DNA of 52,447 nucleotides from Paraglomus brasilianum (taxonomy: Eukaryota): NCBI GenBank assembly GCA_910592345.1, contig CAJVPI010000116.1, positions 1-52,447 of the forward strand, read 5' to 3'. This document shows positions 50,288 to 52,447 of this stretch, in pieces. A program made the position numbers and the translations under genes. The notes beneath the pieces were generated by a model. That model saw nothing but the letters and a program-made list of their open reading frames with translations, made no database searches and had not been told where the DNA came from. Within the stretch, counting starts at the first letter, position 1, and each line of letters starts with the position of its first letter.

Positions 50288-52176
50288 GATATGTATGTTC
50301 TGACCCGTTTCTGAATTTGACCCACTTCCGAATCGGGTCAACCCATTTCCGAATTCTGATATGGGTCAACCCACTTCAGAATTGTTGTATGTGATGATCA
50401 ACATACTCGATTATATCACTTCATAATGCGCAACAATAACAATGTTTAACACCCGAACAAGTGAATTTATTTATGAGCAGCAAATATGAATAACATAATA
50501 ACAATAAAAAGAAAAATTAATGTCTCTAATTAGTTGACGCTTTTTATAACTGGCAGTTAGTCGTTAACACAGTCAGTATTTGTAAAATGACAGTGCTGAA
50601 CAATCAGTCTCGCATTTACACTTATTACCAACTGCATTTTGCAATCTAAGTGCCTCGGTCAAAGATACAACAGTCTCCGGAATAGTTAACAGGTACAACA
50701 GCTTCCAAGTTAGCTGCATAGTAGTGAATGTCTAATATTCCTGAACTACAGCCAAGCTTGTATTGACCTCCCTCTAACACCTCTACCACTTTCTATTCTT
50801 TGTAGCCTGAATTACCTTACAATCCTTTTTTGTTAAAGCCTAATTATTTTGACCATCATACGATTTCGACATTCAATTATTCAATCGTTCTGTTCTTTGT
50901 GGTTGCTGGATTCCCTTACGATCCTTTTTTGTTGAAGATCTTAATTGTTTTGACTAGCATACAATTTTCGAAACCAATTATCGTTCTATTTCTTTGTGGT
51001 TGTCTGACTTACAGTCCTTTTGGTTAAAAGCCCCTAAAACATACGATCTTACAAACTGAAGATCATAACTGTAAGCTGGTGAGGCAAATCAGATGATCCA
51101 AACAGACCAGTAGAATATAATGAATCGTATGATCAAAGCCCGTTAACAAAAAAGAATCGTAGGACAAGTTGAGTGATTTTTCAAAAAGAAATAGAATGAA
51201 GACCAATGCCATGTCAAAAAATGACATAAATTTATAAATTGAGGAATATCAACATTGCAATTCGGTGTCTTTCACTTAGCTTTGTCAGGAAACAAACATG
51301 TCTAATAATCATTAACTTCATCTCTCGCGCCAGATTTGATGAATTGGTGGAGAATTACTTGAACAATATGTCACTTAATTGTCGCACAAAAGCCACTCTG
51401 ACTCAACAAATCGTAAACCAGGCGATTGAAATCCTTAGCGGTTCAGACACAAGTGCGAACCAAAGATATAAACACTGGTACTGCAAATGTTTAGCGTAAT
51501 GCATATGAAAATTCTACTACTCAAAAGAAGTAAAAAAAAACCCCGTGTGTGTTAGAGAGAATATGTACGATGTAATCTGTTCTACACATCGAGATTTACA
51601 ACACGCTGGCTACAGAAAGACATTCGGAGAACTCCAACACCATTACGGTTACCCTTCTAGAAAATTAGTTGCTGCATTTGTTAATGCATAGCATTTGCAC
51701 GCGTTAACGCAATAACGTAATTATCATATTTCAGGAATATTAGAGCATTGTGCGAATATGAGTATACGTAAAATGGTAGGGAGTAGAGTGTGAGAATGTA
51801 CAACTAAAGAGGGATACGCTAACATTTCCTTAGTTTTGATCCTTATTCTGATGAAATGAGTAATACTGTATGTAGTAGTGAGAGTCAGGTGCAGAGTGAG
51901 CGAGACGCAATAGAGGATATGTATTTTTTTTGTCATAGATTGAATAAACAATGTGCATTCAGCATATGCCGACTGCGTTAAACATTAGATTTCTTTTTAG
52001 TATTACTATTATGTTTTCATATTTGCTGTTCATAAATAAATTCGCTTGTTCGAGTGTTCACTATTATTATTGCGCATTATGAAGTGATGTAATCGAGTAT
52101 GTTGATCATCACATACAACAATTCTGAAGTGGGTTGACCCATATCAGAATTCGGAAAAATGGGTCAGAACATATCC
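50288..52176 (+). mobile_element. Non-autonomous long-TIR element carrying an integrase zinc-binding domain remnant (Ginger/KRBA2-like)
   Basis: About 200-230 bp inverted repeats (50288-50523 versus 51981-52176), including a long near-perfect stretch 'ttccgaattctgatatgggtcaacccacttcagaattgttgtatgtgatgatcaacatactcgatta'. Internal 'YDVICSTHRDLQHAGYRKTFGELQHHYGYPSRKLVAAFV'. Confidence 0.8.
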
Positions 52177-52262
52177 TTTATTTGGCTCAACTAATTCGTC
52201 GTTTAGATGAGTTGTTAGAAAAGTTAAAGCGCCAAACGTTATTAACAGAGTATATTAACTAA

Positions 52263-52294
52263 CTAGATATGATATTTTTGGGGGGCTGCGCCCC
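52263..52294 (-). mobile_element. Helitron-like 3' terminus (GC hairpin + CTAG)
   Basis: Minus strand reads GGGGCGCAGCCCC, ~15 nt, then CTAG|T. Confidence 0.5.
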
Positions 52295-52447
52295 TTCGTC
52301 CTTATTTTACATTGATTGGAAAGTTGTTTTTATTGGCGTAAAATGTTATAGAGATAATACATATATTTCAAATTAATTCATTATTTAATTTAATTTAATA
52401 TTTGGGTAAAATCTAGTTTTGTAGACGCAATTTCAGATATTTTTTTA

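Overview
AT-rich eukaryotic genomic DNA with short GT-AG introns, from an early-diverging fungus (Mucoromycota-like; inferred from gene content, intron style and repeat types). I reconstructed ten intact spliced genes by eye: an FlbA/Sst2-type RGS protein, UTP18, CSM3/Swi3, a bacterial-type membrane metal-dependent hydrolase, LCP5, EI24, BET4, a TIP/ITFG1 homolog, an ABHD11-like hydrolase and PHO13. RPP1 makes eleven, and there is one pentapeptide-repeat orphan gene. Between them lie decayed mobile DNA: Tc1, pogo/Tigger and their MITEs, Helitron, a Ginger/integrase-type long-TIR element, and Sola-like and MULE-like remnants. A ~7 kb accessory island (14.7-21.7 kb) holds a pseudogenised Crinkler-class NTPase+REase gene. 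Most notable: (i) a BET4 intron that appears to use a GA donor; (ii) an intron-bearing gene of bacterial type; (iii) a 305-bp structured insertion with a perfect 13-bp target duplication splitting the NTPase; (iv) a CpG-deamination signature in that gene. No rRNA, tRNA or CRISPR array was found. All family assignments come from recalled motifs, not database searches.
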